Below are positions 29,850 to 44,844 of a DNA stretch of 64,000 nucleotides, piece by piece. Origin of the DNA: the human T2T-CHM13v2.0 reference genome, Homo sapiens; NCBI RefSeq assembly GCF_009914755.1, contig NC_060926.1; one strand, given 5' to 3'. Both the position numbers and the translations under genes were made by a program. Under the pieces are notes generated by a model, which worked only from the letters and a program-made list of their open reading frames with translations, made no database searches and had not been told where the DNA came from. Positions within the stretch are counted from its first letter, which is position 1; every line of letters starts with the position of its first letter.

Positions 29850-30040
29850 GGTTTCAATCCAGCTCTGACTCTTACCAGCCTGCAGACCTGGGTCACCCCT
29901 GCACTGCGGCTTTCTCATCCACACAGTGGGGATCATGGTGGTACCTACCTTAGGTAGAGCTTTTGGGAAGAGTAAGTGAATTTGTCCATGTAAAACACTT
30001 AACATAGGACATTGGCATGTTCAATAATGTTAGTATTACT
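29850..30040 (+). mobile_element. MIR
   Basis: TTTCTCATCC...GTACCTACC...ATGTAAAACACTTA. Confidence 0.7.
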
Positions 30041-30305
30041 TCATTTTCAATATTTTTTATAACTTCCATAGGCACTGAAAGCTAACCATAGTTCATCCTC
30101 TTTTAACTTCCGTTGAATTATTTCATATGTGAAATGTGGTCTCTGTCTTTCTAAAACCGCCAAAAATATTCCAAGGAAAAATTGATAATTGAAATTAAGC
30201 AATCTAAAAACTACAGTTTCTTTCTTTCTCCTTCATAAATAAAGTCAATACAGTCATGTAATCACAAGTTATTACTTCCATTTAGCATATTTCTCGGCCT
30301 ATCTC

Positions 30306-30384
30306 TACATACATAGTTACATAAAGTTACATTACGTCATGTAAACACAAATACATAAAATAACTTTATGTAACTACTTATGTA
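30306..30384. repeat. Inverted repeat, 24-bp arms with 31-bp spacer
   Basis: TAGTTACATAAAGTTA (30314-30329) vs TAACTTTATGTAACTA (30361-30376), extended by TACATA/TATGTA. Confidence 0.93.
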
Positions 30385-31158
30385 AATCTGTCTATAAGTA
30401 TGTAGTCACAGTAAATATTGGGGATAACCAGAATTTAAGGAGGTGAAACTCTAACCTTATAGGTTGACCTCCAGAAGGACAACTTGAATCCCAGTAACCC
30501 AACTTCTGTACCACTATGAGAGACGGGAGTGCTGAAACCACAATGGGCTTAATCCGTTGGGCAATCCTCACATTCTTATGCCCACCTATGATTATGTCTT
30601 ACAGGGAAAGATAATTTTATTGCTTTTTTCTTTCATAAATTATCCTAATATTTAAAATTATCAGCAGTTTGTCACTCCTTCTATCATGCCTTCTATAATT
30701 ACCACCTTCTTCAAAGTGTCTTCTTCTTGAAGCTCAAGAATAAAAACCTATTTTCAATACAAATATTTTTTTTCCATTTGATTGTACAGATCTGTTAACT
30801 AACTTTCTATTCAGTGCCTTCCATTCGATGGCTAATACTTTGCATCTTCCAGCATAAATGCTTGTGATTTCACACACTTTCATATGTGAGAAAAAAGCAT
30901 AAGAGGGAAGCCTTATCTATCCAAATTCTTCTTACTCTGTTTTATAATTTAATGAGCATAAGAATAAGCTGTAGAGCCTATCAGTGCAGGTTCTTGTGCC
31001 TACAGGCAGCCTAAGATTCTGAAAATTTTGTCAGCACTGCATACACATCTGATATAAGTGGTCCATGACCACACATTTTAGCAAACTCTGTTTTAGGTGA
31101 ACAGTCTCATCTGTCATATAGTCACTGGTATTATTTTGTATTGTAAAGACACAGCTCT

Positions 31159-31470
31159 GGCCAAGCATGGTATTTCACCCATAATCCCAGCACTTCGGGA
31201 GGCAGAGGTGGGTGAATCACCTGAGGTAAGGATCCTGTTCAAGATCAGCCTGGCCATCATGGTGAAACCCTGTCTCTACTAAAAATACAAAAATTAGCTG
31301 GGCGTGGTGGTACTTGCCTGTAGTCTTAGCTACTCAGGAGGCTGAGTCAAGAGAACCGTTTGAACCTGGGAGGCGGAAGTTGCAGCAAACTGAGATTGTG
31401 CCACTGCACTCCAGCCTGGGTGACAAAGCAAGACTCCATCTCAATAATAATAATAATAATTTTCAAAAAT
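31159..31470 (+). mobile_element. AluSx
   Basis: TSD AAAGACMCAGCTCT; (TAA)n tail. Confidence 0.94.
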
Positions 31471-31484
31471 AAAGACCCAGCTCT

Positions 31485-32540
31485 GACCTCTATGCAGAAC
31501 TCCATATCCATCTATCTCCATGTAGGTGTCCCAGAAAAAGCTCAAACACAATGTTTTTAGTTTTGATCTCAGCATCTCTCTCCTCAGACTACCTGTTCCA
31601 CGCTCTGTATCTCAGCTGGCATCATGACAGTTGATCCCATCACTGGAGCTAAAAACCTGAAAATTGTCCCGAATGTCTCTGGTGCTCTGTCCTCCAACAG
31701 CCAGCCAACCACCTAGCGCCATTGATTTTAGCTTCTAAATGTCTCCTGAAGCAGTCCCTTCCTCTGCCTCTTCACAGAGATTACATCACTCCAGGCCTAC
31801 ATCTCTAATTCACTGCAATCTCGCCTGAATTCTTGCAATAGGCAGCTGACTGCTCTCCAGCTCCTCAAATAATTTATTTTTTTATTTTTTGAGACAGAGT
31901 CTTGCTCTGTCGCCCAGGCTGGAGCGCAGTGGTGCGATCTCGGCTCACTGCAAGCTCCGCCCCCCCAGGGTTCAGGTCATTCTCCTGCCTCAGCCTCCCG
32001 GAGTAGCTGAGTCTACAGGCGCCCGCCACCATGCCCGGCTAATGTTTTTGTATTTTTAGTAGAGACAGGGTTTCATCGTGTTCGCCAGGATGGTCTCGAT
32101 CTCCTGATCTCATGATCCACCCGCCTCGGCCTCCCAAAGTGCTGGGATTACAGGCGTGAGCCACTGTGCCTGGCCAAATAAATTTTTTCACTAATGCCAT
32201 GGTGATTGCCCTTATAATGCAGATTTGATCAGGTAACCTGCCCTGCTTTGGAGGTAAAGTCTAAAGTCTGTAAGGTGACACTAAAGCCCTTCCAGAGTCT
32301 GGTCGCTCCAAATCTCTTTCATCTAATTTGGGAACCAATTCTCTAAAACCCACCGTTAAAACCATCCTCTTTGAATGTAATGCTGCAGCTACACTGAATA
32401 ATCTATGAGTTATTGCACATTTGACTTGTTATATACCCCCCTTTTTACTTGCTTTTCCTTATGCCTGAAAAGCCTTCTCAATTTACCAGGCCAGAGAACT
32501 CCTCACATTTCAAAACTTTGCTCAATTATTTCCTCTGTAA
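31485..32540 (+). mobile_element. L2 fragment interrupted by AluY
   Basis: CTCAAACACAATG, GCTAAAAACCTG, ATGCAGATTTGATCA motifs. Confidence 0.65.
31872..32175 (-). mobile_element. AluY (Yk-like)
   Basis: GCAAGCTCCGCC, GTGTTCGCCAGGATGG; TSD CAAATAA. Confidence 0.94.
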
Positions 32541-32591
32541 AAATTTTGATAAGAGAATAAAAGATAGATTTAAATTAAATTTAACTTCCTT

Positions 32592-33121
32592 AAAATATGA
32601 ATCATTCTACCATAAAGACACATACATGCAAATGTTCATTGCAACACTATCCACAGTAGCAAAGACCAGGAATCAACAAATGCCCATCAATGACAGATTG
32701 GATAAAGAAAATGTGTTACGTATACACCATGGAATACTATACAGCCATAAAAAAAGCACAAGATCATGTCTTTTGCAGGAACATATATGGCACTCGAGGC
32801 CATTATCCTTAGCAAACTAACACGAGAACAGAAAACCAAAAACAGCAAGTTCTCACTTATAAGTGAGAGCTAAACAATAAAAATTCACGGACACAAAGAG
32901 GAGAACAACAGACACCTTACTGGAGGGTCGAAGGTGGAAGGAGGGAGAGGAACAGAAAAAAAATAACTATTGGGTGCTATGCTTAGTACCTGGGTGATGA
33001 AAGAATCTGTACAACAAACCCCCATGACACAAGTTTACCTATATGACAAACCTGCCTATGTACCCCTGAGCCTAAAATAAAAGTTTATTTTAAAAATTAC
33101 AAATAAAAATGAAATAAAATA
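32592..33121 (+). mobile_element. L1PA13-15-like 3' end
   Basis: GTACAACAAACCCCCATGACACAAGTTTACC; degenerate TSD AAATT(T)RRCTTCCTT. Confidence 0.9.
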
Positions 33122-33527
33122 AAATTGGCTTCCTTCAACGGGAAAGGGCTGAGAAATAGAGTTAGGGTAGGAACTTGTGAAGAAGAGAAAAAAGAAAAAA
33201 AAAGGAAATTGATTGCTGTTTCTGGGATGCTAAAGGAAAAGGTTGAGTAGATGACCTTTTATTTTAGTCAAACATGAGAGATTTGGGTATGCAAAAATGT
33301 TTCCTAAGTGGTGTTGGAATTAAATTACTCCATAAAAAATGTAAACCCCCACTTGTAGCCAATGAATAGTTGGTATCAAACTTATCCTTCCCTGGTAAGC
33401 AACTAGTAAGCTTGATAAAAATATGTGAAACAACTATTTTCAGATATTGGACAACAGGCAGCAAAGGACTGTGATCCCTAAGAGAAAGGATTGCCCTGGT
33501 TTTCCACCTAGAGAAACTCTCTGGATG

Positions 33528-34044
33528 ATTCCTGGGTATATATCCCAAAGAAAATAAATCATTCTACCAATAAGACCGCTGCACTTGCATGTTTATTAAA
33601 GTGCTATCCACAATAGCAAAGACATAGAATCAACCTAGGTGCCTATCAGTGGTGGATTGTATAAAGAAAATACTTATATATGCCATGGAATACTATGCAG
33701 CCATAAAAAAGAACAAAATTATGTCCTTTGCAGCAACATGGATGCAGCTAGGGACCATTATCCTAAGTGAATTAACACAGAAACAGAAAACCAAATACCA
33801 CATGTTCTCAGTTATAAGTGGTAGTTAAACACTGGGTACACACGGACATAATATTGGGAACAGTAGACACCAGGGACTTTAGAAAGGGGGAGGATGGGTG
33901 GGAGTAAAGGTGGAAAAACTACATATTAGGTACTATGTTCACTATCTGGGTGACGGGTTCAATCAAAGCCCAAACCTCAACATCACACAACATATCTATG
34001 TAACAAATCTGTACATGTATCTCCTGAATCTAAAATTTAAAATA
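33528..34044 (+). mobile_element. L1PA16/L1PB-like 3' end
   Basis: GGTACTATGTTCACTATCTGGGTGACGGG...CCCAAACCTCAACATCAC. Confidence 0.88.
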
Positions 34045-34195
34045 AAATTAGCTTCCTAAAATACAAATCATTCTACCATAAAGACACATGCCCACAAATG
34101 CTCATTGCAGCACTATTCACAATAACAAAGACAAGGAATCAACCTAAATGCCTACCAATAACAGATTGGATAAAGAAAATGTGTTACATATACAC
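34045..34195 (+). repeat. Local copy of 32577-32727 (flank plus L1 5' junction)
   Basis: AAATTAGCTTCCTAAAATACAAATCATTCTACC...GTGTTACATATACAC. Confidence 0.75.
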
Positions 34196-34649
34196 GTTTT
34201 TAAATTTAAAATTAAGAAAATAATGGACAGTCTTTGGATGCTGGGAATTGAAAGAAAATCCTAAGCAGAGGACAGTCATCTTACTGAGCAGAGGAGACAG
34301 AAATCAAAGTTCGGAGAAGCAGCTGGAAGTTGTGGAAGGAAGTACCAAAAAGAAAGAAGCCAGCAGAGAGGGAGTTCCAGAAGTCATCACAACTCCTCTT
34401 GAGTCTACTGATGGAAAGTAGGTCGCATATTGTAAGGAGAAACTCTACAAGGCCGGTTAACAATTATGAAAGATGGAAGCTGAACAATTTCTAGAGCACA
34501 CAAAGGGCATGGAAACCTGTGAGTTCTGACCAGCCATACATTCAGTAGAAGGGATACATGTTAGCAAAAGGACAAACTAAACCTAGAGGAAACATAATTC
34601 TAAAGCTATCTTTAAGAAGTTTAAAAATAAGACTTTAAAGGACCAAACT

Positions 34650-34963
34650 GGCCAGGCCTGGTGGCTCACGCCTGTAATCCCAGCACTTTGGGAGGCCGAG
34701 GTGGGTGGATTATGAAGTCGGGAGTTCGAGACCAGCTTGGTCAAGATGGTGAAACCCCATCTCTACTAAAATTACAAAAATTAGCCAGGTGCAGTGGAGG
34801 GCACCTGTAATCCCAGCTACTCAGGAGGCTGAGGCAGGAGAATTGCTGAGCAGGAGAATTGATTGAACCTGGGAGGCAGAGGTTGCAGTGAGGCGAGACT
34901 GCACCACTGCACTCCAGCCTGGGTGACAGAGCAAGACTCCGTCTTGGAAAAAAAAAAAAGAAG
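34650..34963 (+). mobile_element. AluS with 16-bp internal duplication
   Basis: GCAGGAGAATTG repeated at 34834 and 34850; TSD AAGRACCAAACT. Confidence 0.94.
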
Positions 34964-36457
34964 AAGAACCAAACTTATCCACAAGTAACTTAATCACTTG
35001 CCATTACAAAGAGCAACACTCTATAAAGGAAGGCAACACCCAATAACATAAGGAAGATACCCAATAACATAAAAATGCTAGACACACAAAGGATAACTTG
35101 AGTTTTAATCAGGAGAAAAATCAATCCATAGAAGTAGATTCAGAATGGCAGAAATGATGAATTAGCAGACAAGATGTTACCATAGTTGTGATAAGTGTGT
35201 TCAACTATTTTTAAAAACAACATGAATATACTTTCAAAGATAATAGAAGGAACTTTTGCAGATGAAAAATGCAATATCTGCAATGAGAAATTCACTGGAT
35301 AGTATAAGTAGATTAGGCACATCAGATAAAAGTATCAGTGAATTTGAAGACATAATAGAAGCTATCCAAGGTGAAACACAACAAAGTTGATAAATGAATG
35401 AAGCCTTAATGACCTATGAGTAACGTAAGCATAATTGAAACTACAGAAAAAGTTGACAGAAAACAGTATTTGAACAAATGGCCCAAATTTTTAAATTATG
35501 CGAAAATTATAAACTTACACATTTAAGAAATTTAAAGAACCCCAAGTAGGACAAACACAAAGAAAATTACACTAAGACACATAATCAGTTTATTGAAACC
35601 TAGTGATAAAGATAAAATATTAACATTTTTCAGAGAAAAAAAGGCAAATTACATTTAGAGAAACAAAGATAATAATGACCACAAATTTATCATTTAAACA
35701 CTATATAAATCCCCAAAAAACCCAATAGAATGACATTTTTAAAGTGTTGAAATAAGTGCATACTCTTAAGCTAGAATTTTATATACAGTAAAAATACCCT
35801 TTGAAAATAAAGGTGTTTTTCAGGAAAATAAAAATGGAGATAATTTATCACCAGCAGACCTGTAGAAAGAGAAATGTTACAGGAAGTTCTTTAGGCAGAG
35901 ATAAAATAAACCAGATAGAAAGTTGGAACTATACAAAAGAATGAGGACAGCCAGAAATGGGAAATACGTGGGTAAATATAAATTAATTTCATCATTTTCC
36001 AGTTACTTAAAAGATAATTCACTATTTAAAACAAAAAAAAGAATAATATTTTGTGGACTAAAACATATGCAGAAGGAAAATTTATGACAAATACGATAGC
36101 ACAGTGCATGGAAGGAGGGAACCAGAAACACACACTGCTGTAAGTCTCTTTCATGATGTAAAGTGATACAATATATTTGAAGATAGAGTATGATTTTTGA
36201 AAAGACATATGGCAAGCCTTAAAATAAAACAACGAATTATAAACCAATGAGGAGACGAAGTGAAATACAAAAAAATACTTGATTAATTAAAAAGAGGGTA
36301 GGAAAAAGAAAAATTAGAAAGGTATAGAATTTCAACATAAGTTTATTGATAATCACATGAAATATGAATGCTTTAAACACTCTAAGTGGTAGATTTTCAT
36401 ATTGGATAAAAAAGGAAGACCCAAATATATACTGCCTGGAAATTCACTTGAAATACA

Positions 36458-37173
<716 letters not shown>

Positions 37174-37297
37174 CTAATGAGAAGAAAGCTGGCATAGCTG
37201 TATCAGTAATGGGCAACATAGGCTATAAGAAAAAATTATCAGGGGTAAAAAATTGTTTTCATAATGATAAGCAGAATCAATCCATCAGGCAGACATA

Positions 37298-37371
37298 TCA
37301 CTCCTAACAGTGAATACACCTAATTAAAGAGACGTCACTCCTAACAGTATATACACCTAATTAAAGAGATG
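37298..37371. repeat. 37-bp tandem duplication within L1
   Basis: TCACTCCTAACAGT..ATACACCTAATTAAAGAGA x2, three mismatches. Confidence 0.92.
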
Positions 37372-40300
37372 TAATATAAGTGATGCAAAATCTGACCTAA
37401 AAGTAGAAATAAATACACAATTATAGTTAAAGATTTCAATACTGCTCTCTCAGTAATTGAAAGAACAAGAAACCAGAAAATCAATGAGAATAATCTTATC
37501 AAGCAACTTGACCTAACTAACATTTATGGAACATTTTATTCAACTATAGTAGAATACACATTCTTTCCAATACACATTATTTTCAATGCCTAAAGAAAAT
37601 TTTCCAATATAGATTATATGCTGAATCATTTTAAAATTCTGAATAAATGTAATAGGCTGAAATAATAAAGATTAATTACAGAGAACTGAAATCAGAACCC
37701 AATAACCAAAAGATTTCTAGATAGCTAATCTCAAGATATATAAAAATTAAATAGGACCAGGGCCAAAGAAGAAATAGAAAACCTGAATAGCCTATAGCTA
37801 TCAAACAAGTTGAATTTATCATTTTAAAACTCTACAAAGAAAACTTAAGGCCAAATGATTTTACCAGTAAATTTCATCATAAAAGTAAACAGTAAATTAT
37901 ACCAATTCTACAGAAATCTTTCAAAATCAGAGAAAAACAAGAAAAATACTATAAGAAAATAGCAAACCAGTAGCTCTCATGAATGTAGACTCAAAAATAT
38001 TTAACCAAATATTAGCAAAAAAACCCATCAATACATAAAAAGAAAAGTATTTCATGTTCAAATATGGTTTATCCCTGGAATAAAAGGGTAGTTTAACATT
38101 AGAAAACCAGTCAATATAAATTCAACCATATTAACAGAATAAAGGTTAAAAAAAATCATATGACCACCTTATTGTATGCAGAAAAGACTTTTAACAGAAT
38201 TAAACACTTATTTATGGCAAAATTCTCATAAACTAAAAATGGAAGGGAATTTCTTAAACCTGATAAAAGGAATATATGAAAAGTGTTCAATAATATGCTT
38301 AACAGTGACACACTGAATGCTTTTTCCTCTATGATGAAGAATAAGGCAAGGATATATACCAACACTACTTCCATGCAGCATTGTCCTGGAAGTCCTAGAG
38401 AGTTCAGTAGGAACTAAAAAGCAGAAAGAATGGAGACAAAGAAGGCTGCATTTACTGAAAGATGACATAATGATGAGTACAGAAAATTCTTTTAAAATTT
38501 CAAGAAAACGTGTAGCCTGAAATACATAAAAATCAATTATCTTTCTATATAATCACAACAAATAGTTTGCAAATGAAATGTCAAACATGAAGTTTTATAG
38601 AAGCATCAAAACATGAAATCATTACTGACAAATTCAATAACACATGTGGAAGTCTCATACTCTGAAAACTATATAAAATTGCTGAAAGAAATTAAAGGAG
38701 ACCTTTGAAAAATGGACACATACATCATATTTGTGGATTTGAGGATTCAATATTGGTCATATGTTATTTCAACCCAAACTGACCCATAGATTTAAGGCAA
38801 CCCCAGAAGGTTTTGTTTTTAGAAATTGGCAGGCTGATTCTAAAATGTATATAAAAAACAAAAGTACCTAGAATTGCCAAAATAATATTGAAAGGAATGG
38901 GCAGAGTTATATAACTAACACCAGCTGATTTCAAAACAGTATAGTTACGGTAATAAAGACAGTGGCACTGGTGTGAGGATGGTCATTTAGATCAACGTGG
39001 CCAAAACAGAGTCAAGAAAGAGAACCAATCAGATCATCAGCTGGTTTTTGGCAAAGATATCAAAGCTATTCAAAAGGATTTTCTTTCCAACAAATGGTAC
39101 TATATATTCATTTGGAAGAAAATGAACATTGTCTCTTACTTTACACCATTTGCAAATATTAACTCAATCACAGTATTGTAGACTTAAATGTAAAGGCTAA
39201 TCTATTAAAGTCATCTATAAGAAACAAATGCAAGAAAAAATCTTCATGATTTGGAGGAAGGCAGATTTCTTGGAGAGAAGACAGAGCATATAAATCATAA
39301 AAGAAAAAAATATAATTTGGACTGTATAAAAAATAAAGACATATGCCTTCCAAAGACTGCAACAAGAAAATGAAAAGGTGAGCCACAGACTGGAAAAAAA
39401 TAGATACAAAACAGATAAATGACAAAGGCCAGGTGTTCAGAGTATATAAAGAAATGCTATAAATTAATAATAAAAAGACAACCCAATTTTTTAAATGGGC
39501 AAAGATTTGATCAGACATTTCATGAAGAATATATATAAATGGCCAAGAAACACTGGAAAAGATGCTCAACATCATTAGTCAAATTAAAATAATAATGAGA
39601 CACTATAGTTGTGCACCCAAGTGGGTGATAAGTATGGTATCTGACATACCCAATTAAAAACACTGACAATACCCAATTTTGATGAGGACGTAGAGTATTT
39701 GGAAATGCTGTGCATCGCTTGAGGAAATGTAAAATTGAACAACTTATTTGGAAATCAGTTTGACAATTTCTTATAAAGTTAAATACACACTTAGCTATAC
39801 AACTCAATAGTTTTACTGCTAGGTATTCACTCAAGAGAAATAAGGACGTATTTCCATGCAAAGACTTGTACAAATATGTTCATAGCATCGTTTGTAATCA
39901 TCAAAAAGGGGAAAGGCTCAAATGTCCATCAGCAGGTGAATGGATAAACAAATTGTAGTATATTTGTTCAATGGAATGCTACTAAATAATAAAAAGGAGC
40001 AATCATGGGCAACTGCTTTGTTAAAACTCATAAAGTGATTCATAGACACAAAAGAGTACATACTGTATGATCCCATTTGTATGTCATAAAATACATAGAC
40101 TTAAGTAGACAGCCAAACACAGATCAATGCATGCCTGGAAGCAGAGGTGGGAAAGATACCACAAATGGACGTAAAGAAGCTTTTTGGATGGCGGCTATGT
40201 TCTAGATACTGATTGTGTTGGTTAAATAGGTTTATACTTTTGTCAAACCTCATCAAACTGCACTCTTAAAATGGGTGCATCTTATCTTATTGTATAGAAA

Positions 40301-40604
40301 TTGTACCTAATTAAAATGAATTTTGGAAAAATGCTGGTCATGGATTGGTAAAGAGGCTCTGGAGGAAAGATGATCAAGCAGCGATGGAGGAAGGTAGCAG
40401 TTTTCTGGGCAAGTTGGCCAGTGAAGAATTCCCATGGTGAGAAGGCTGAAATACTTTTAAAGATAGGACTAAGTCATATTAGATTTTCAGTCATTTAAGT
40501 GGAAAAGCCATGTTCACATATTTTCATTAAATTCAGTTGACCTACATGTGCCTTGTGTGAAGAGCTGATTTTCAGCTGGTAAAGTAGTCACATGAAACTT
40601 TTAA

Positions 40605-40988
<384 letters not shown>

Positions 40989-41295
40989 ATACTATTATTT
41001 TTTAATCCAACTCCAGCTTGTGTGAAAGCTTTTTGTAGAAAAAGGATGAGATCCATATCTGGGTCAGAATGGAGCACAGGAAAGAAAAGCTGTAGAAAGT
41101 GAGACACATGGTCTTGTGAGTCTGACCTCTGTTGGGTTCTCAGAGTCAGAAGGAACTGTGAGCCTGTGAGACCCTGGAAGTTGCCAGAAATTTTGGAGAG
41201 TCCATTGGCTGTTCCCTAATCATGAGCTAGGGGCCTGGAGTTAATTATTTTTGATGAAGTACATTAAATAAAAATAAGTAAATAAAATATTTCCA

Positions 41296-41343
41296 GCTGT
41301 CCTTTGAAATAAATAAAATGTTTTATTTATTTCAAAGGACAGC
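41296..41343. repeat. 48-bp palindrome (23-bp perfect arms, 2-nt centre)
   Basis: GCTGTCCTTTGAAATAAATAAAA TG TTTTATTTATTTCAAAGGACAGC. Confidence 0.97.
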
Positions 41344-41399
41344 AGACAGCTGGCATATGAGCTATGCCTTCATTCACCCCATGAGCTATGAAATCACTC

Positions 41400-41570
41400 T
41401 TTCTTCCTAATGGGTTCTGTGCCTTGTACAGATATCTGTGATTGAATCTGTGAAATACTATAGTCTCTGGACTCAGCAATGAGCTGGAGGTCTAATTAAT
41501 CTTTATATCCTCAGCACCTCGCATAGGATTTGGCACAGGAAAGTCACTCCGTAAATGCTTGTTGAAGTAA
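41400..41570 (+). mobile_element. L2 3' end
   Basis: CAGCACCT...TGGCACAG...TAAATGCTTGTTGAA. Confidence 0.65.
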
Positions 41571-43180
41571 CCTTTGGTTCTTAATACAACCAAGACTTCC
41601 CATCGTTCATCAAGTCTTGCCCTTATTTAACTGTCATCAGTACCCTGGTCAGGGTTCATTTCCATGCTTCCCCCTCCTGGCTTCCTCATTTCTTTATTTT
41701 TTTCTCTTGCAGATGGTCCTGTGGTTTCACTTCCTATTTGGTTTCTGAACTCTCTGAGCACGAGACTTGGAGACGTGGAGTCCTTTCACTGCAGCTTTCA
41801 AAACCTTTCTTAGGGCTGATATGACAATTGCTGGCACTGCGTAATTGCTGTGTGGCTACTTGAAAACTTCTCCACTAGAGACTCACTGAGAGCACCTATT
41901 CTGTTGAATGGATTTGGCACAAGGAGGAGGAGAGAAGACAAATGGCCTGGGCTGGTAAGAGACAAAAGTGCCGTGTGTGAGTCTTGGCCCACCTACCTGC
42001 TGTGAGACTCTGGGCAAATCACCTGGTCCCTCTCTTCCCACATCTTCTGATGAGCCTTGCTGCCTATTTCCTGAGTAGCTCAGTGGCCACCAGAGACCCC
42101 AGGCTCTTTATCAACATTTCAAGATTGTGTAAGTTCTGGCATTTTGTACATTATCAAAAAGAGAAGGCTAAGACCTAAGTCAGGCTAAATTTGATTCAGG
42201 AAAACACCTGACGTTTTTGTACTTAAGTATCGAGGGGTAAATCACATCTTTTGCACCTGAATCCGTAAGAACTGTGGCCTAACCCTCTTCTTCTGGAGAA
42301 CTCACTTTCCTGTCTTTCTGAGACTCCAGCTAGATAGTCCTTTGGCAGATGTTGACCCCATACTACCTTCTCCGTGGGCAACATCTGAGTGCATGGTCTA
42401 CCTTAGTGAAGGACCTCTCCTTGCCCCTGAAGCACTTCTATCATCCTGGACCTCAACGTGGAATGGTGACCCCTACCTGCCCCACCAGTCACGACCACCT
42501 TCTTCCAGCACCTCCAATGTGTCTGCCCTCCAGCACCACCTGCTCCCAACGTAAGACTGCTGGGGTGAGGTTGCAAAACTTGTGTCTCCCTTAAGTATGG
42601 CTTCTGTACAGGTTTGTACCCAGTTGTATTTTAATTAAAAGCTTGGCTCTCTAACAATGCAGGTTCTAAAGAGGCCTTAGTTTGCTCCCATTGCCAGTCT
42701 TCTTAGAGACTAAATTCAGTCAGCGGGGGAAGGCTTTGCCTCTGCTTAGGATTGGAAGCCTCCATATGCATAATTGCAGAGGGGCAGTAGAGGAGACTAA
42801 ATGCTTATCTAACCTATGGTTTTTATCAACGGTGGTCGGTTTGTTATTATTTTTAAATGAGTTAGATTCACTTTAAGATGTAAATGGAAAATGGCTCCCA
42901 AGTTGTCACAGGCACAGTGCCAAGTATTTCAGACACTTATGAATATCATTAGATAATTATCATATTTGCTGTCAATAGCACTCATTAATCTCGTGTTCAG
43001 GGAGAGGAGCCCTTCAGAGCATAATTGCTGCAGTTAGAAACATCTCTATCCCAAGTGCCAAGCAATTCCATGTGACCTTCCCCTATAGACAACCCCATAG
43101 TTCTATGTGATGCCGTCCTCTGTAGCCACACACCCCACCAAATTCACAGCACCTCTGCCTTTCCCCTAAGTAACTAAGGG

Positions 43181-43800
<620 letters not shown>

Positions 43801-43960
43801 ATTGCTTCTTCTTCTCTGCATTCTCACCCCCACGTTAGTAGACATATCTAGGGTACTGGGAGGTGGAAAATAAGAAGATAGAGTGCCCAAGGGATTTTAC
43901 TTTTGAAAGGAAAGATAAGACTAGCTGGTGAGAAGAATAGATTGGCGGGAGGCCAAATGA

Positions 43961-44146
43961 ATAATAATTACAGCAAACACATTACCACGCTTACCAGATG
44001 CTAGGCGTGGTTCTAAGTGCTTTACAGGTATCAGCTCATGTAATCTTTGTCCCCATCTTATAGATGTGGAAAAAAGATTAGGTAATGTACCCAGAAACAC
44101 ACCGCTGGGAATGGGAGGGTAGAGAGTGAAACTCAGGCCTGCTGGT
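43961..44146 (-). mobile_element. MIR
   Basis: GTTCTAAGTGCTTTACA...CCCCATCTTATAGATG. Confidence 0.72.
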
Positions 44147-44271
44147 TCTTTATTCTGACAACTGTGAAACTACAGTAAAGGAACTATCCGGCCACATTTG
44201 GCGAATGCTTTCATTGAGAGCTGCATTTGAGGGGGAAGGGGTGAAATGCAAATGAAAGATACTGAGAGTAA

Positions 44272-44844
<573 letters not shown>

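Noticed and set aside
30470-30550. Ancient tRNA-derived SINE head on the minus strand
   Set aside because: Similarity too weak to support by eye
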